DNA of 64,000 nucleotides from Candidatus Sericytochromatia bacterium. Lineage in GTDB: Bacteria; Cyanobacteriota; Sericytochromatia; UBA7694; JACMQJ01. This document shows, piece after piece, positions 39,458 to 49,617 of the stretch. Positions within the stretch are counted from its first letter, which is position 1. Each line of letters begins with the position of its first letter. Under the pieces are notes generated by a model, which did not search any database, was not told the origin of the DNA, and saw only the letters and a list, made by a program, of their open reading frames with translations. Position numbers and translations under genes: made by a program. The DNA lies in assembly GCA_026004035.1 (NCBI GenBank), contig BPII01000009.1:31304-95303 (forward strand), given 5' to 3'.

Positions 39458-40072
39458 ATGAAAGAATTTTGGGATGAAAGATATTCATCTGAAGAATATA
39501 TTTATGGCAAAGAAGCAAATTCTTTTTTAAAGCAGGAATTAAAAAAATTGGAAAAAGGTAAAATATTATTTCCCTGTGAAGGTGAAGGAAGAAATAGCGT
39601 TTTTGCTTCTAAAATAGGTTGGATATCTTATGGATTTGATCAAAGCCATATAGCAAAACAAAAAGCTGAAAATTTAGCTAAAGAAAATAATGTTGAAATT
39701 GATTATAAAGTAGGCAATGTTGAAGAAATAGAATATCCAGAAAATTACTTTGATGCAATAGCTTACATATATTCTCATTTTCCATCTGAAAATAAAAAAA
39801 ATTATTTTAAAAAACTAAATAGTTATTTAAAAATAAATGGATATGTTATTTTTGAATGTTTTAGTAAAAAACATTTAGAATATAATTCAAAAAATCCATC
39901 TGTTGGTGGTCCTAGAGATTTAGATTTACTATTTTCAATAGATGAAATCAAAGAATATTTTGATAATTTTAATTTTATATATTTAAATGAGGAAGAAATA
40001 GAACTTAAAGAAGGAAATTTTCATAATGGTATTGGTATGGTTATAAGATTTGTTGGTAAAAAAATGTTTTAA
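39458..40072 (+). CDS. class I SAM-dependent methyltransferase
   Basis: FWDERY...ILFPCEGEGRNSVFAS (motif I), FDAIAYIYSHF, and a length of ~204 aa. Confidence 0.75.
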   Translation: MKEFWDERYSSEEYIYGKEANSFLKQELKKLEKGKILFPCEGEGRNSVFASKIGWISYGFDQSHIAKQKAENLAKENNVEIDYKVGNVEEIEYPENYFDAIAYIYSHFPSENKKNYFKKLNSYLKINGYVIFECFSKKHLEYNSKNPSVGGPRDLDLLFSIDEIKEYFDNFNFIYLNEEEIELKEGNFHNGIGMVIRFVGKKMF

Positions 40073-40075
40073 ATT

Positions 40076-43006
40076 CTATTTTCTAGCATAAACTTGAACA
40101 AAGTATTTATTATCAAGTTCATCTTTAAACTTATTTATACCTATTGAATTTATAAGTAATCTAGAATCTCTTGAAGCCATAACTATTTTTAGTATTGCTT
40201 TTTGTTCTTCATCATTTGTTCTTCCAGACATCAATATATTTATCATTAACTTTCTTCCTTCTAAATTTATTTTAGATATATCATCATTACTTAATTGATT
40301 TATTAGCGATACAATCATATCATCATTAGCTTTTTTTGCAAATCTATTAAAATGATTATCATTAAAATGAACTCCTGAACTTTTTGCTAGTTTATAAAGT
40401 ATTGCTTGATAGTCGCTATCATCTAATTCAGATCTTAAATCATCTTCATTAAATTTAGTTAATAAAATACTTAAATTATATGGTTCAGAATTTATTATGT
40501 AAGATTTTATAGATTTTTCTTCAGAACTATTTGTATGTCCAGCAATTAAATGTTTTATAAAATTAGCTTTTGTATCAGCTTCCATATCTAATAAATAGCT
40601 CTTATCAATTCTTCTTTCAAAACCTAAAGATATATCATCATTAACAAAAGATGACATTTCATTTAAATGTTCAGAATTTTTACCTATTTTCTGATTTCTT
40701 GCTAATTTTTCTAAAACATCAATTATTTTTTTATCATCTTTTAGAGTTTGTTTTAAAGAATAAAGATTTATATGATCTAAAATTCTTGTTAAATTTTCAG
40801 GTTCAGAATTTAATATTATGTTTCTTAATCTATCTATATCTTCAGATTTACTACTACCTAATAATTTTTTTATTTCAGCTATTCCTTTATTTACTTCAGC
40901 AGGGCTAAATGGCTTTTTAGCATCACTAACTTCAGCTTCATAAGACATTATAAATTTTCCATTTTCAACTTTAATATCTTTTAATTGAATATCTTCACTA
41001 ACATGTTGATATAAAACATCTGATAAATCTATATAAAACTTATTATCTTCTCCTTTGTAATTAACCTTCATGTCATTAATTCTTTCAAGGATTTTTTCTA
41101 TGCCCATCTTTTTTACACCACCACTAACAGAGGAATTTATTATACCTTGAGCAATTTTTCCTAGTAATCCTTGAAGTTCAGCTTTTTCCAAGGTAATAAC
41201 AGCTTTTTTACCTTCTATTGATACTTTAGTTCCTACTTCTACATCAATTATTGGTAAATCATCATAAATAGCTTTTTTCAAATTCATTGTTCCATTAGGT
41301 AAAACTTCTAAATCAATGTCTTTTAAGCCAAAAGTTCTTAAAACACTTGCAAAAGCATTTTTCATAGATTCTCTTACTTGGGGTGTTAATTCAAATGAAA
41401 TATTACCATCTTTGATATTAAAACTACTTTTATTACTTGAAATATTAGCTTTTATATTAACAGTTCCTAAATTTATAATATCATTGGTTCCTCTAATTCC
41501 TGTTTTTATAGTAGTATTTTCCATACTTGCATCTATGGAAGTATTAAAGCCTTTATATTCAAGATTTTCATCTAACTTTATTGTAAAATCTTTATATTCT
41601 GCCTTTTTAATATTCCCATATACCATGTAATTTTTAACATTATCAACTGTTTCTTTTATTGTTTTTCTAGTGTATTCAGAAATAGTATCATTTTTTGAAA
41701 GTTTTTCTAAAAACTTCATTAAATTTTCTTGAGTTGAACTAATATTACCACTAAACTTTATATTATAACCATTTTCAGAATTTGCTTTTATAGAACCATC
41801 GGTATTATCTATTTCTATGTCATCAACTTTTATAGAAAATTTTAATTCAGATAAATCTATTTTTCCATTATCGTTAAATAAAATTTTTCCTGTTGCACCT
41901 TTTAAAGTTCTAACATTAAAGCCATCTAAATTTCCATTTATATTAATATCTTCTCCTGAAAATTCCAATCCTTTATCATTCTTGCTTATATTTACTTTAC
42001 CATTTGATTTTAAATCAATTTGATGATGATTATTAAATCTTCCTTTTATTTCTAATTCTTTGCCTTCTAAACCTTCCATTGATAGTACTTTTTTACTACT
42101 ATCATATACTAATTTACCATTTATTGTTAAATCATCTAATTCTATAGATTCTATATTAGCATTTATTCTTGCTTCTCTACTTTCTAGCAGAAAATTATTA
42201 TTCTTATCAAATCCAAATTTTAAATCTCCTTCTGTTCTAAAACTAATGTTTTTATCTGGTAAATTAATATTTGTATTATTTACAGTAAATTCTAAACTTT
42301 CAAAGTTATAGTTTTTATCTAATTTCACATTTAAGTCTTTATAATTTATTGTTTGCAAATCAATATTTCTTAACTTTTCATTCACTTGTTTTATGGATTC
42401 TTTGTAAGATTCGGGAACTAAACTACTTTTTGATAATTTTTCAAGTAGTTCATTTATTTTTGAAGGGTCACTTGCAATATTTCCATCAAGTTTTATATTA
42501 TAACCTTCTTCTAAAGATTGTTCCATTCCGCCTTTATTTTCAAACTTTAATCCTTCTATTTCAAAGTTAAATTCAAAATCCTTTATAGATGAGATATTAC
42601 CTTTTGAATCTATATTTAAAGTTCCTTTTAGTCCATCTTTGCTTTTGAGATTTAATCCTTCAATATTTCCATCAAACTTAAATCCTTCTGATGACAAAGT
42701 TATGCTACCATTTTTATTTGGAGTAAATGAGAATTTACCATTTGTTTTAAAGTCAAAATTTTTTCCTTGTAGGCTTCCTATCTGCTGAAAAATTTTCATG
42801 CTTCCTCCAAGTAATAACTGACCTGATTTAGGATCTATTTCTATACTTCCGTTTATTTTTGTATCCTTTAAATCAACATTTCCAATTTTTGCATTTACTG
42901 TTACATTATTACCTGTTAATATATATTTTCCTTCTTTATTTTGAGTTACTGTTATCTCACCATCAGCTGTAACATTTAATTTTTTTTCTGGAATATTTAT
43001 GCTCAA
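40076..43006 (-). CDS. C-terminal 976 codons of a giant repeat protein (beta-rich ~250-aa tandem units + three helical G-x-T-x3-EE repeats)
   Basis: Long clean ORF. Internal duplication (EGYNIKLDGNIASDPSKINELLEKLSKSS vs NGYNIKFSGNISSTQENLMKFLEKLSKND). C-terminal repeats LLGSSKSEDIDRLRNIILNSEP / LIAGHTNSSEEKSIKSYIINSEP / LMSGRTNDEEQKAILKIVMASRD. The ORF's first Met is probably internal to the larger gene. Confidence 0.6.
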   Translation of the reverse strand: MSINIPEKKLNVTADGEITVTQNKEGKYILTGNNVTVNAKIGNVDLKDTKINGSIEIDPKSGQLLLGGSMKIFQQIGSLQGKNFDFKTNGKFSFTPNKNGSITLSSEGFKFDGNIEGLNLKSKDGLKGTLNIDSKGNISSIKDFEFNFEIEGLKFENKGGMEQSLEEGYNIKLDGNIASDPSKINELLEKLSKSSLVPESYKESIKQVNEKLRNIDLQTINYKDLNVKLDKNYNFESLEFTVNNTNINLPDKNISFRTEGDLKFGFDKNNNFLLESREARINANIESIELDDLTINGKLVYDSSKKVLSMEGLEGKELEIKGRFNNHHQIDLKSNGKVNISKNDKGLEFSGEDININGNLDGFNVRTLKGATGKILFNDNGKIDLSELKFSIKVDDIEIDNTDGSIKANSENGYNIKFSGNISSTQENLMKFLEKLSKNDTISEYTRKTIKETVDNVKNYMVYGNIKKAEYKDFTIKLDENLEYKGFNTSIDASMENTTIKTGIRGTNDIINLGTVNIKANISSNKSSFNIKDGNISFELTPQVRESMKNAFASVLRTFGLKDIDLEVLPNGTMNLKKAIYDDLPIIDVEVGTKVSIEGKKAVITLEKAELQGLLGKIAQGIINSSVSGGVKKMGIEKILERINDMKVNYKGEDNKFYIDLSDVLYQHVSEDIQLKDIKVENGKFIMSYEAEVSDAKKPFSPAEVNKGIAEIKKLLGSSKSEDIDRLRNIILNSEPENLTRILDHINLYSLKQTLKDDKKIIDVLEKLARNQKIGKNSEHLNEMSSFVNDDISLGFERRIDKSYLLDMEADTKANFIKHLIAGHTNSSEEKSIKSYIINSEPYNLSILLTKFNEDDLRSELDDSDYQAILYKLAKSSGVHFNDNHFNRFAKKANDDMIVSLINQLSNDDISKINLEGRKLMINILMSGRTNDEEQKAILKIVMASRDSRLLINSIGINKFKDELDNKYFVQVYARK

Positions 43007-44159
43007 TTTTCCATTACTTTTTATTGAGTTTTCCTTGGGGTTATAAACTATTTCACCATTATGTTGATAGTTCTTTTAAGTTTAGAGTTTCCTATTCCAC
43101 CTGATATTTTTAACTCTTTTTTAGAATTGATACAGTTTTATTGAACCATCGTCTAATAACTTCATTTCACCTTCAAGTTTAAAATTATTAAATGAAGTTC
43201 CTTTTATAGTTCCTCTTTGTACTCTTAATGGTGCAGATTAGAATTATTAAAACTGAATGTATTGTTATTTGAATCATATTTTATATGACCATCTAATAGT
43301 AATCCATGTAACTAGATTTTCTTGTTTGTCTTTTGGTTTATAGCTTAAGTTTATTGGTCTAGTTGGCGATTACTTTTAAGTCAAAAACTACCATTATCTA
43401 TGAGAAACTTTAAAATCTCCTTTTAATTTAAGTCCTAAATCTGTGTTTAGTACAAAATCTGATACATTAGCTAATGATAAATTCCCTTTATTATCAAAAG
43501 ACTAAATCAGCTTTACCAGACATTTTTGATATGTCAAAGTTTCCTATTTTACCGCTTGCATTCTGTAAGTTTAAATTTTCTACTTTTAGATCCTTTTTCT
43601 TGGATCATAATTTATTTTTGCTGATGCTTTGAAATTTCTCAAATTTACATCTGCCTAATTTTCCATTTAATTCAATATTTTTTGCATCCACATTTATTGA
43701 TTTACTGTAAGCATTAACTTGTAAGTTTCCTTGAAAGTTTAATATTACTAATATCTATAGCATTTCCTATCTTTTAAACTAGAAATTTTAGCTGAAGAAT
43801 TATTTTCTACCTGAGTTTAATTTAAAGTTTCCATTCTGAAAATCAAATTCTGATTTAACTCCTTTTAATTCAAAATCTTTTACACTAGCTATTTTATTTC
43901 CATTTTTTATCACTTAAATTTACACTAAATTCTAACTCCTTTATCCTTTTTGCTTTCTATTGATATTTTACTTGGATTTGCTTTATCATACTTTATACTT
44001 CCGTCTAATTTAACATTATCCAAATTTAACTTTAGATTCTGTGATTTTATTTCTGCATTAAAATTTACATTATCAGCATTTAAACAGCTTTGTTACTACT
44101 AGTTTCTAAATTTAAATCTCCAGAAGTTGAATTTACACTAACATTAGCAATATCTAAAT
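43007..44159 (-). pseudogene. central part of the giant repeat-protein gene, riddled with frameshifts
   Basis: No ORF in any frame. Minus-strand hand translation nevertheless gives repeat-like peptide stretches that hop frames every ~40-80 nt (see findings). Confidence 0.55.
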
Positions 44160-45464
44160 CTACATTAATATTTTTCCAACTATTTTACCTGATGTTTTTT
44201 CTCCAAGTTTAATATTTCCATCAGAATCAACTTTTAGTTTAGTTTTTACATCTTTTACCTCAACTTCACCTTCTAATCCTATATTTCTACTTGTTATACT
44301 TTTTATTCTTTTTGACAATTCACTTTTTTCATCAGAAGTAACTTTTAACTCTAATTCTGAATCAGATTCAAGTTCCAAAGAAAAATCATTTATGACTTTT
44401 CCTTTAATATTTGTCTTGAGTTTATCAGTACCTTCTGCATCTCTCTGACTAGCTTTTGATGCTCTTGTATCACTACTTCCAATAATTTCAGCATCAAGAT
44501 TTATTACTAAATTACCATTAGTATCTATACTAAATGAAGTTTTATCTTTATTAGCATTTATTTGTTCTAATTTTATATTCATATCACCAACAGGTATTGT
44601 TTTTATTAACGAACCATTTGTAAAATCTGCTTCTAATCTTAGAGAATTACTAGATTTACTTGTTGCTTTTAAACCTATTTCTTTTACAAGATAATTTTGT
44701 ATTAAATTTTTTACAATTGCTTCAGCATTTATTTCATTGCCCATTATCATATTTATAGGATTATAGTTAATTAGACCTGTTGCTAAATCAACTGCTAAAC
44801 CTGCATCAACTGATAAATCTATTCCAGAACCATTCATTTTTAATTCAATATCTCCAAGTCTTACACCTTTACTTAAAGTAATAGTATATTTATTTGAAGC
44901 TTCATTATATTTGAAACTTATACCAATACCCATATCTTTTTCAGCTTGTGCAAACAGATGTTCTAAAAATTTCCTATCAATTTTTATATTTCCATTAATA
45001 TTTCCAACAATATCATTTTTTGATTTTGTTTCAATACCATCTAAATCTTCTAATTTAGTATTCAATTTAAATGAAACAAACTCTTGTTCTAATCCTATAA
45101 GATCGATACCCTCTATTTCCAATGTTCTTATTACATTGTCATCTGTCATAATATATGCTTTTTTACCATTTGTAAATTTTTTTGCAATATCACTAGATAA
45201 TGATATATTGTCATCTGTAAAATCACTATTTAGAATTTTTTTACCATCTTCTGATACTTCTAACTTATAAACTGAATATGTTCCATCATCATTCTTTATA
45301 ATTAATTCAGAACCATTATGACTACGAGAAAAGTCTTCTGCTTCTTTAGCTGTAACATTTTTTTTTAGAGAATTTGAATTAGCAGTAATTCTATCTTCTC
45401 TGTCAAAAGCACCTCTATCATGTTTTCCTATGTTTACCATAAATTTAAAAAGAAGTATATTCAA
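44160..45464 (-). CDS. N-terminal 434 codons of the giant repeat protein
   Basis: Clean ORF with no signal peptide or TM helix. The start could be 45464 (MNILLF) or 45440 (MVNIGKHD). The reading frame runs into the frameshift tract at 44160. Confidence 0.6.
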   Translation of the reverse strand: MNILLFKFMVNIGKHDRGAFDREDRITANSNSLKKNVTAKEAEDFSRSHNGSELIIKNDDGTYSVYKLEVSEDGKKILNSDFTDDNISLSSDIAKKFTNGKKAYIMTDDNVIRTLEIEGIDLIGLEQEFVSFKLNTKLEDLDGIETKSKNDIVGNINGNIKIDRKFLEHLFAQAEKDMGIGISFKYNEASNKYTITLSKGVRLGDIELKMNGSGIDLSVDAGLAVDLATGLINYNPINMIMGNEINAEAIVKNLIQNYLVKEIGLKATSKSSNSLRLEADFTNGSLIKTIPVGDMNIKLEQINANKDKTSFSIDTNGNLVINLDAEIIGSSDTRASKASQRDAEGTDKLKTNIKGKVINDFSLELESDSELELKVTSDEKSELSKRIKSITSRNIGLEGEVEVKDVKTKLKVDSDGNIKLGEKTSGKIVGKILM

Positions 45465-45493
45465 TTTTGATTATAGTATTTTTTTTTAATTGC

Positions 45494-46123
45494 TTACTTT
45501 AAAAAATTATTTAACTCATAATACTTAAAGTACTTTTTACTTTTATCTTCAAATACTATAATATATTTTCTTTTATTATTTCTATAATTAATATCGTAAT
45601 CATAAGGTAATGAAAGTATTATAAAAAATATTTTTTCATAATGTTTTATAAAAATATAATTTACTAAAATGGAATTATTATTTAGATTATTAAAAATTTT
45701 ATTTGTTCTGAAAATTTTATCTAAATCTAAATTATTTAAATTTTCTGTATTTATATAACTTAAAGGTATAAAATAAATATTATCTTCAATTAATATTGGT
45801 AAATCCTTATTATTTTCGTAATATTGCTTTATGTATTCTTCTTTTGAATAAAAAATATTTATTATGTTATTTCTATTTTTATAGAAATTTGTAAAATTTT
45901 TTCCTTTTATATCATATTTATCATAAATATTAGTATATAAAAAATTTATTTTTGAACTATACATAAATTTTTCAAAATTATTCTTTATTTTATTAAAAAA
46001 AATCTCTGTATTATTATTATTTGAATAGAAATTTTCTTTTATTATGAAAGTGATAGATAATAATAATAAAAGTGGAAATATAATTAATAACAGTAAATTT
46101 ACATATTTTTTAACATACTCCAT
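45494..46123 (-). CDS. hypothetical single-pass membrane protein (N/Y/K-rich extracytoplasmic domain)
   Basis: I start it at Met10 (MEYVKKYVNLLLLIIFPLLLLL), 1 nt after the response-regulator stop. One N-terminal TM helix and no kinase motifs. Confidence 0.5.
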   Translation of the reverse strand: MEYVKKYVNLLLLIIFPLLLLLSITFIIKENFYSNNNNTEIFFNKIKNNFEKFMYSSKINFLYTNIYDKYDIKGKNFTNFYKNRNNIINIFYSKEEYIKQYYENNKDLPILIEDNIYFIPLSYINTENLNNLDLDKIFRTNKIFNNLNNNSILVNYIFIKHYEKIFFIILSLPYDYDINYRNNKRKYIIVFEDKSKKYFKYYELNNFLK

Positions 46124-46124
46124 T

Positions 46125-46772
46125 CTATATAATATCTTTTTCTTTTGCAATTATTATAGCTTGATTTCTATCATTTACACCTAATTTCTTCAAAATATTA
46201 TTTATATGTATCTTTACTGTTCCTTCGCTTATAAATAATTTTTCTGATATTTCTTTATTTTTTAAACCTTTAGAAATTAAAACTAAAATTTCTTTTTCTC
46301 TTTCGGTTAAATGTTCTAAATTTTCTTCTTTCTTTATTTTACTTTTATTGTTCATGTCCATTAATACATTTCTTGCAATTGCTGGTTGCATTAATACTAA
46401 TCCATTTGAAACCATTTTTACAGTATTATATAACTCTTCAGGATCTATGTCTTTTAAAACATAAGCATTAGCACCATTTTTAAATGCTTCAAATAAATAT
46501 TCTTCATCTTCTAAAGAAGTTAAAATTATTATATTTGTATTTATTTTTTCATCTCTTAATTTCTTTGTTAATTCTATTCCATCTATATATGGCATTCTTA
46601 TATCTATAATTGAAACTTTTGGTGATAATTTTCTTATTAGTTCTAAGCCTTCTTTACCATTTTTTCCTGTTGCTAATATTTCTATATCATCATAAAAAGC
46701 TAATGAAGAACTTATACCCATAAGCATTAATTCGTTATCTTCTAATACAACAACGCTAATTTTTTCTTTCAT
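46125..46772 (-). CDS. NarL/FixJ-type response regulator (receiver + LuxR HTH)
   Basis: Receiver residues LEDN, IIDIRMP (phospho-Asp), ILTS, YVLKD. C-terminal LTEREKEILVLISKGLKNKEISEKLFISEGTVKIHINNILKKLGV. Confidence 0.85.
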   Translation of the reverse strand: MKEKISVVVLEDNELMLMGISSSLAFYDDIEILATGKNGKEGLELIRKLSPKVSIIDIRMPYIDGIELTKKLRDEKINTNIIILTSLEDEEYLFEAFKNGANAYVLKDIDPEELYNTVKMVSNGLVLMQPAIARNVLMDMNNKSKIKKEENLEHLTEREKEILVLISKGLKNKEISEKLFISEGTVKIHINNILKKLGVNDRNQAIIIAKEKDII

Positions 46773-46773
46773 A

Positions 46774-47586
46774 CTAATTATTATATAAATGAATATCTCT
46801 TTGAGGAAATGGTATAGTTATACCTTCTTCATCAAACCTTATTTTAACACTTTCTATAGTATCCCAATATACTTCCCAATAATCAGGAGTACTTACCCAA
46901 AATCTTACAAAAAAATTAACACTACTATCAGCTAATTCTCCTACTACAATTATAATTTCTTTATCTTTTAATATTTTATCTTTAGAATTTACTATTTCAG
47001 ACAATATCTTTTTTACTTTTTTTATATCATCAGAATAACTAACACTAAAAGTTAGATCCACTCTTCTTATTTCTTGCTTCGAATAATTTATAACTTTATT
47101 ACTTGTTATAGAAGAATTAGGAATTATTATAACTTTATTATCAGGTGTTGTTAATATTGTATTTAATATTCCTATTTCATTGACAGTACCAGTTACTCCA
47201 TTTGATACATCTACAAAATCACCAACTTTAAAATGTTTAAATATTATTATTAAAAAACCTGATGCAAAATTAGAAAGAGAACCTTGTAATGCTAAACCTA
47301 TTGCAAGTCCAGCAGAACCTAGTACAGCAATAAATGATGTAGTTTCTATTCCTAAATTTCCTAAAGATGTAATAACAACTAATATTAAAAGAATTACATA
47401 TATTATTTTTCCAGAAAATTTTATTAATGTTTTGTCTATTTCTTGCTTTTGAGCTAGTTTATCAATTATATTTGTTATTATTTTAGCAGCATATCTACCT
47501 AATATTAGAATAAGGATAGAGCCTAAAATTCTACTACCATATATAGTTAAATAATACGGTATGTTTTTTATTAAATCTTCAAACAT
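46774..47586 (-). CDS. mscS: small-conductance mechanosensitive channel (MscS family)
   Basis: Three TM helices followed by FKVGDFVDV...GTVNEIGILNTILTTPDNKVIIIPNS. Confidence 0.85.
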   Translation of the reverse strand: MFEDLIKNIPYYLTIYGSRILGSILILILGRYAAKIITNIIDKLAQKQEIDKTLIKFSGKIIYVILLILVVITSLGNLGIETTSFIAVLGSAGLAIGLALQGSLSNFASGFLIIIFKHFKVGDFVDVSNGVTGTVNEIGILNTILTTPDNKVIIIPNSSITSNKVINYSKQEIRRVDLTFSVSYSDDIKKVKKILSEIVNSKDKILKDKEIIIVVGELADSSVNFFVRFWVSTPDYWEVYWDTIESVKIRFDEEGITIPFPQRDIHLYNN

Positions 47587-47626
47587 AAATAGTATTTCCT
47601 ATTCCCATAAATAATATTTCCTATTC

Positions 47627-49072
47627 CTATAAAACAGGAGAAAATAATCTTGATAATGATTCCATAAATTCTTTAAACTTTCCCCTATTTTTAAAATCAT
47701 CATAAATAATTTTAGATGAATTAATTATATCATTATAAAAAGCGTCTTTCAAAATAGAAACTACATCTTCATCATATATAAATGCGTTTATTTCAAAATT
47801 TAAATTAAAGCTTCTCATATCAAAATTTGCTGTTCCTACAGATGCTATTAAATCATCAGATATTATAACTTTGCTATGTAGAAATCCTTTTTTATACATA
47901 TAAAATTCAACTCCTGCATCAATTAGCTCTTCTACATAAGATAAACCAGCATAAAAAACGATTATATTATCTGGTTGTCCTGGTATTATTATTTTTACAT
48001 CAATACCTGAAAGTGATGCTATTTTTATAGCTTGTAAAATACTTTCATCAGGTATAAAATAAGGTGTTTCTATATAAACATATTTACTTGCTGAAGTAAT
48101 TATTTTAAAATAACTATCTTTTACTGACGACCAAGTAGAATCTGGCCCACTTGAAACTATTTGTATATTAGCTTTTCCAAATGTTTCAATTTCTGGAAAA
48201 TATTTTTTTTTAAACTCAGCTTTTTGTCCTAATGAAAAATACCAATCTAATAAAAATTGTCTTTGAATAGAATAAACAGCACTACCTTTTATTCTAATAT
48301 GTGTATCTCTCCAATATTGAAATAGCTCTGAATAACCTAAATATTCATCACCTATATTAAATCCACCAATAAAAGCTGTTTTTCCATCTATAATTGCTAT
48401 CTTTCTATGATTACGATAGTTTATTCTTAAATTTATATAAGGAAACAATGAAGGAAAAAATGCTACAACTTCACCGCCATATTTTTTTAATTTTTTAAAA
48501 GAAATATAACTTAAATCTATTGCACCTATTGCATCATATAACAACTTTACTTCAACCCCTTCTTTAGCCTTATCCTCTAATATTTCTAATATAAGTTTTC
48601 CTATAGTATCTTTTCTAAAGATATAATATTCTAAATGTATAAAGTGTTTTGCTGTTCTTAAAGATTTTAGTAATGACTCAAACTTTTCTCTACCTGTGTT
48701 AAATACTTTAACTTGATTATCACTTGTTAAAACAGAATTTGCACTGTGATAATGTAAATTAATTATTTCATTAAATCTCTTTATTATAGGGTTATTTATA
48801 TCATAATGTTTTTTTCTATCTTTATCTTCTTTTATAGAAATATATTTTAATGCTTTATCCTCCTCTTTTTTTTTATAAAAAATCTTTTTTTTTCTAAAAT
48901 TTCTACCTAGAAAAATATACAATATAAATCCTATTAAAGGAAAAAAAGAAAGAACCATTAACCATGCCCATGTTGAACTTGGATTTCTTCTTTCAAAAAA
49001 TATTAGTATTGATATTAAAAATACATTTACTAGTAAAATGTAATCTAATATAATTATTAAATTATGAGTCAT
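47627..49072 (-). CDS. cls: cardiolipin synthase
   Basis: Two N-terminal TM helices and two HKD motifs (HRKIAIIDG, HSKVIISDD). Confidence 0.9.
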   Translation of the reverse strand: MTHNLIIILDYILLVNVFLISILIFFERRNPSSTWAWLMVLSFFPLIGFILYIFLGRNFRKKKIFYKKKEEDKALKYISIKEDKDRKKHYDINNPIIKRFNEIINLHYHSANSVLTSDNQVKVFNTGREKFESLLKSLRTAKHFIHLEYYIFRKDTIGKLILEILEDKAKEGVEVKLLYDAIGAIDLSYISFKKLKKYGGEVVAFFPSLFPYINLRINYRNHRKIAIIDGKTAFIGGFNIGDEYLGYSELFQYWRDTHIRIKGSAVYSIQRQFLLDWYFSLGQKAEFKKKYFPEIETFGKANIQIVSSGPDSTWSSVKDSYFKIITSASKYVYIETPYFIPDESILQAIKIASLSGIDVKIIIPGQPDNIIVFYAGLSYVEELIDAGVEFYMYKKGFLHSKVIISDDLIASVGTANFDMRSFNLNFEINAFIYDEDVVSILKDAFYNDIINSSKIIYDDFKNRGKFKEFMESLSRLFSPVL

Positions 49073-49085
49073 CTATAAAAAATAT

Positions 49086-49340
49086 TCATTTTTTTAATGA
49101 AACTCCAATTCCTAAAGCCAATATAAAGAAAAATAGAATAACAAAAAAATAAAATAAATAGTTTTTTATTAAAAAAATTAACATTGTTCCAGATATTAAT
49201 ATAACTACAAAAGCAAAAATCATCGACGATATAAATCTTTGTCTGTAAGTTCTTACATCACTTCTACAATTAGGACAAAAAATATAATTACTATCTATTA
49301 TACTTTTACAGTTATAACAAATTTTTGTAAATTTAACCAT
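49086..49340 (-). CDS. zinc-ribbon membrane protein, hypothetical
   Basis: CYNC...CPNC zinc ribbon followed by two TM helices, 84 aa. Confidence 0.5.
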   Translation of the reverse strand: MVKFTKICYNCKSIIDSNYIFCPNCRSDVRTYRQRFISSMIFAFVVILISGTMLIFLIKNYLFYFFVILFFFILALGIGVSLKK

Positions 49341-49617
49341 TTAGACATAAAATTTTAAATTTTAACATTTATAATGTATAACACATAATATTACAAAAAA
49401 TAAAGTATTATTCAACTTAAAAATATGACACCTTGTTTATTATACTAAATTTGAAATATTTGTATCAAATCAAAATTATTTTATATGTTTTAACTTAAAA
49501 TAATAGTAATAAAATCAAACTTTACATAAAATTTAATCATAATTAAAATAAATCTTTAAAATTTAAAATTATAATAAATTATAATGTTTTAATTATTAAC
49601 TAGCGTATTGAGGATAT

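Noticed and set aside
40076-45464. Calling the giant protein TamB/AsmA-like or an RTX/autotransporter adhesin.
   Set aside because: It has no N-terminal TM anchor or signal peptide, no DUF490-like C-terminus, no GGxGxD nonapeptides and no beta-barrel translocator. The C-terminus is helical repeats instead. It is left as uncharacterised.
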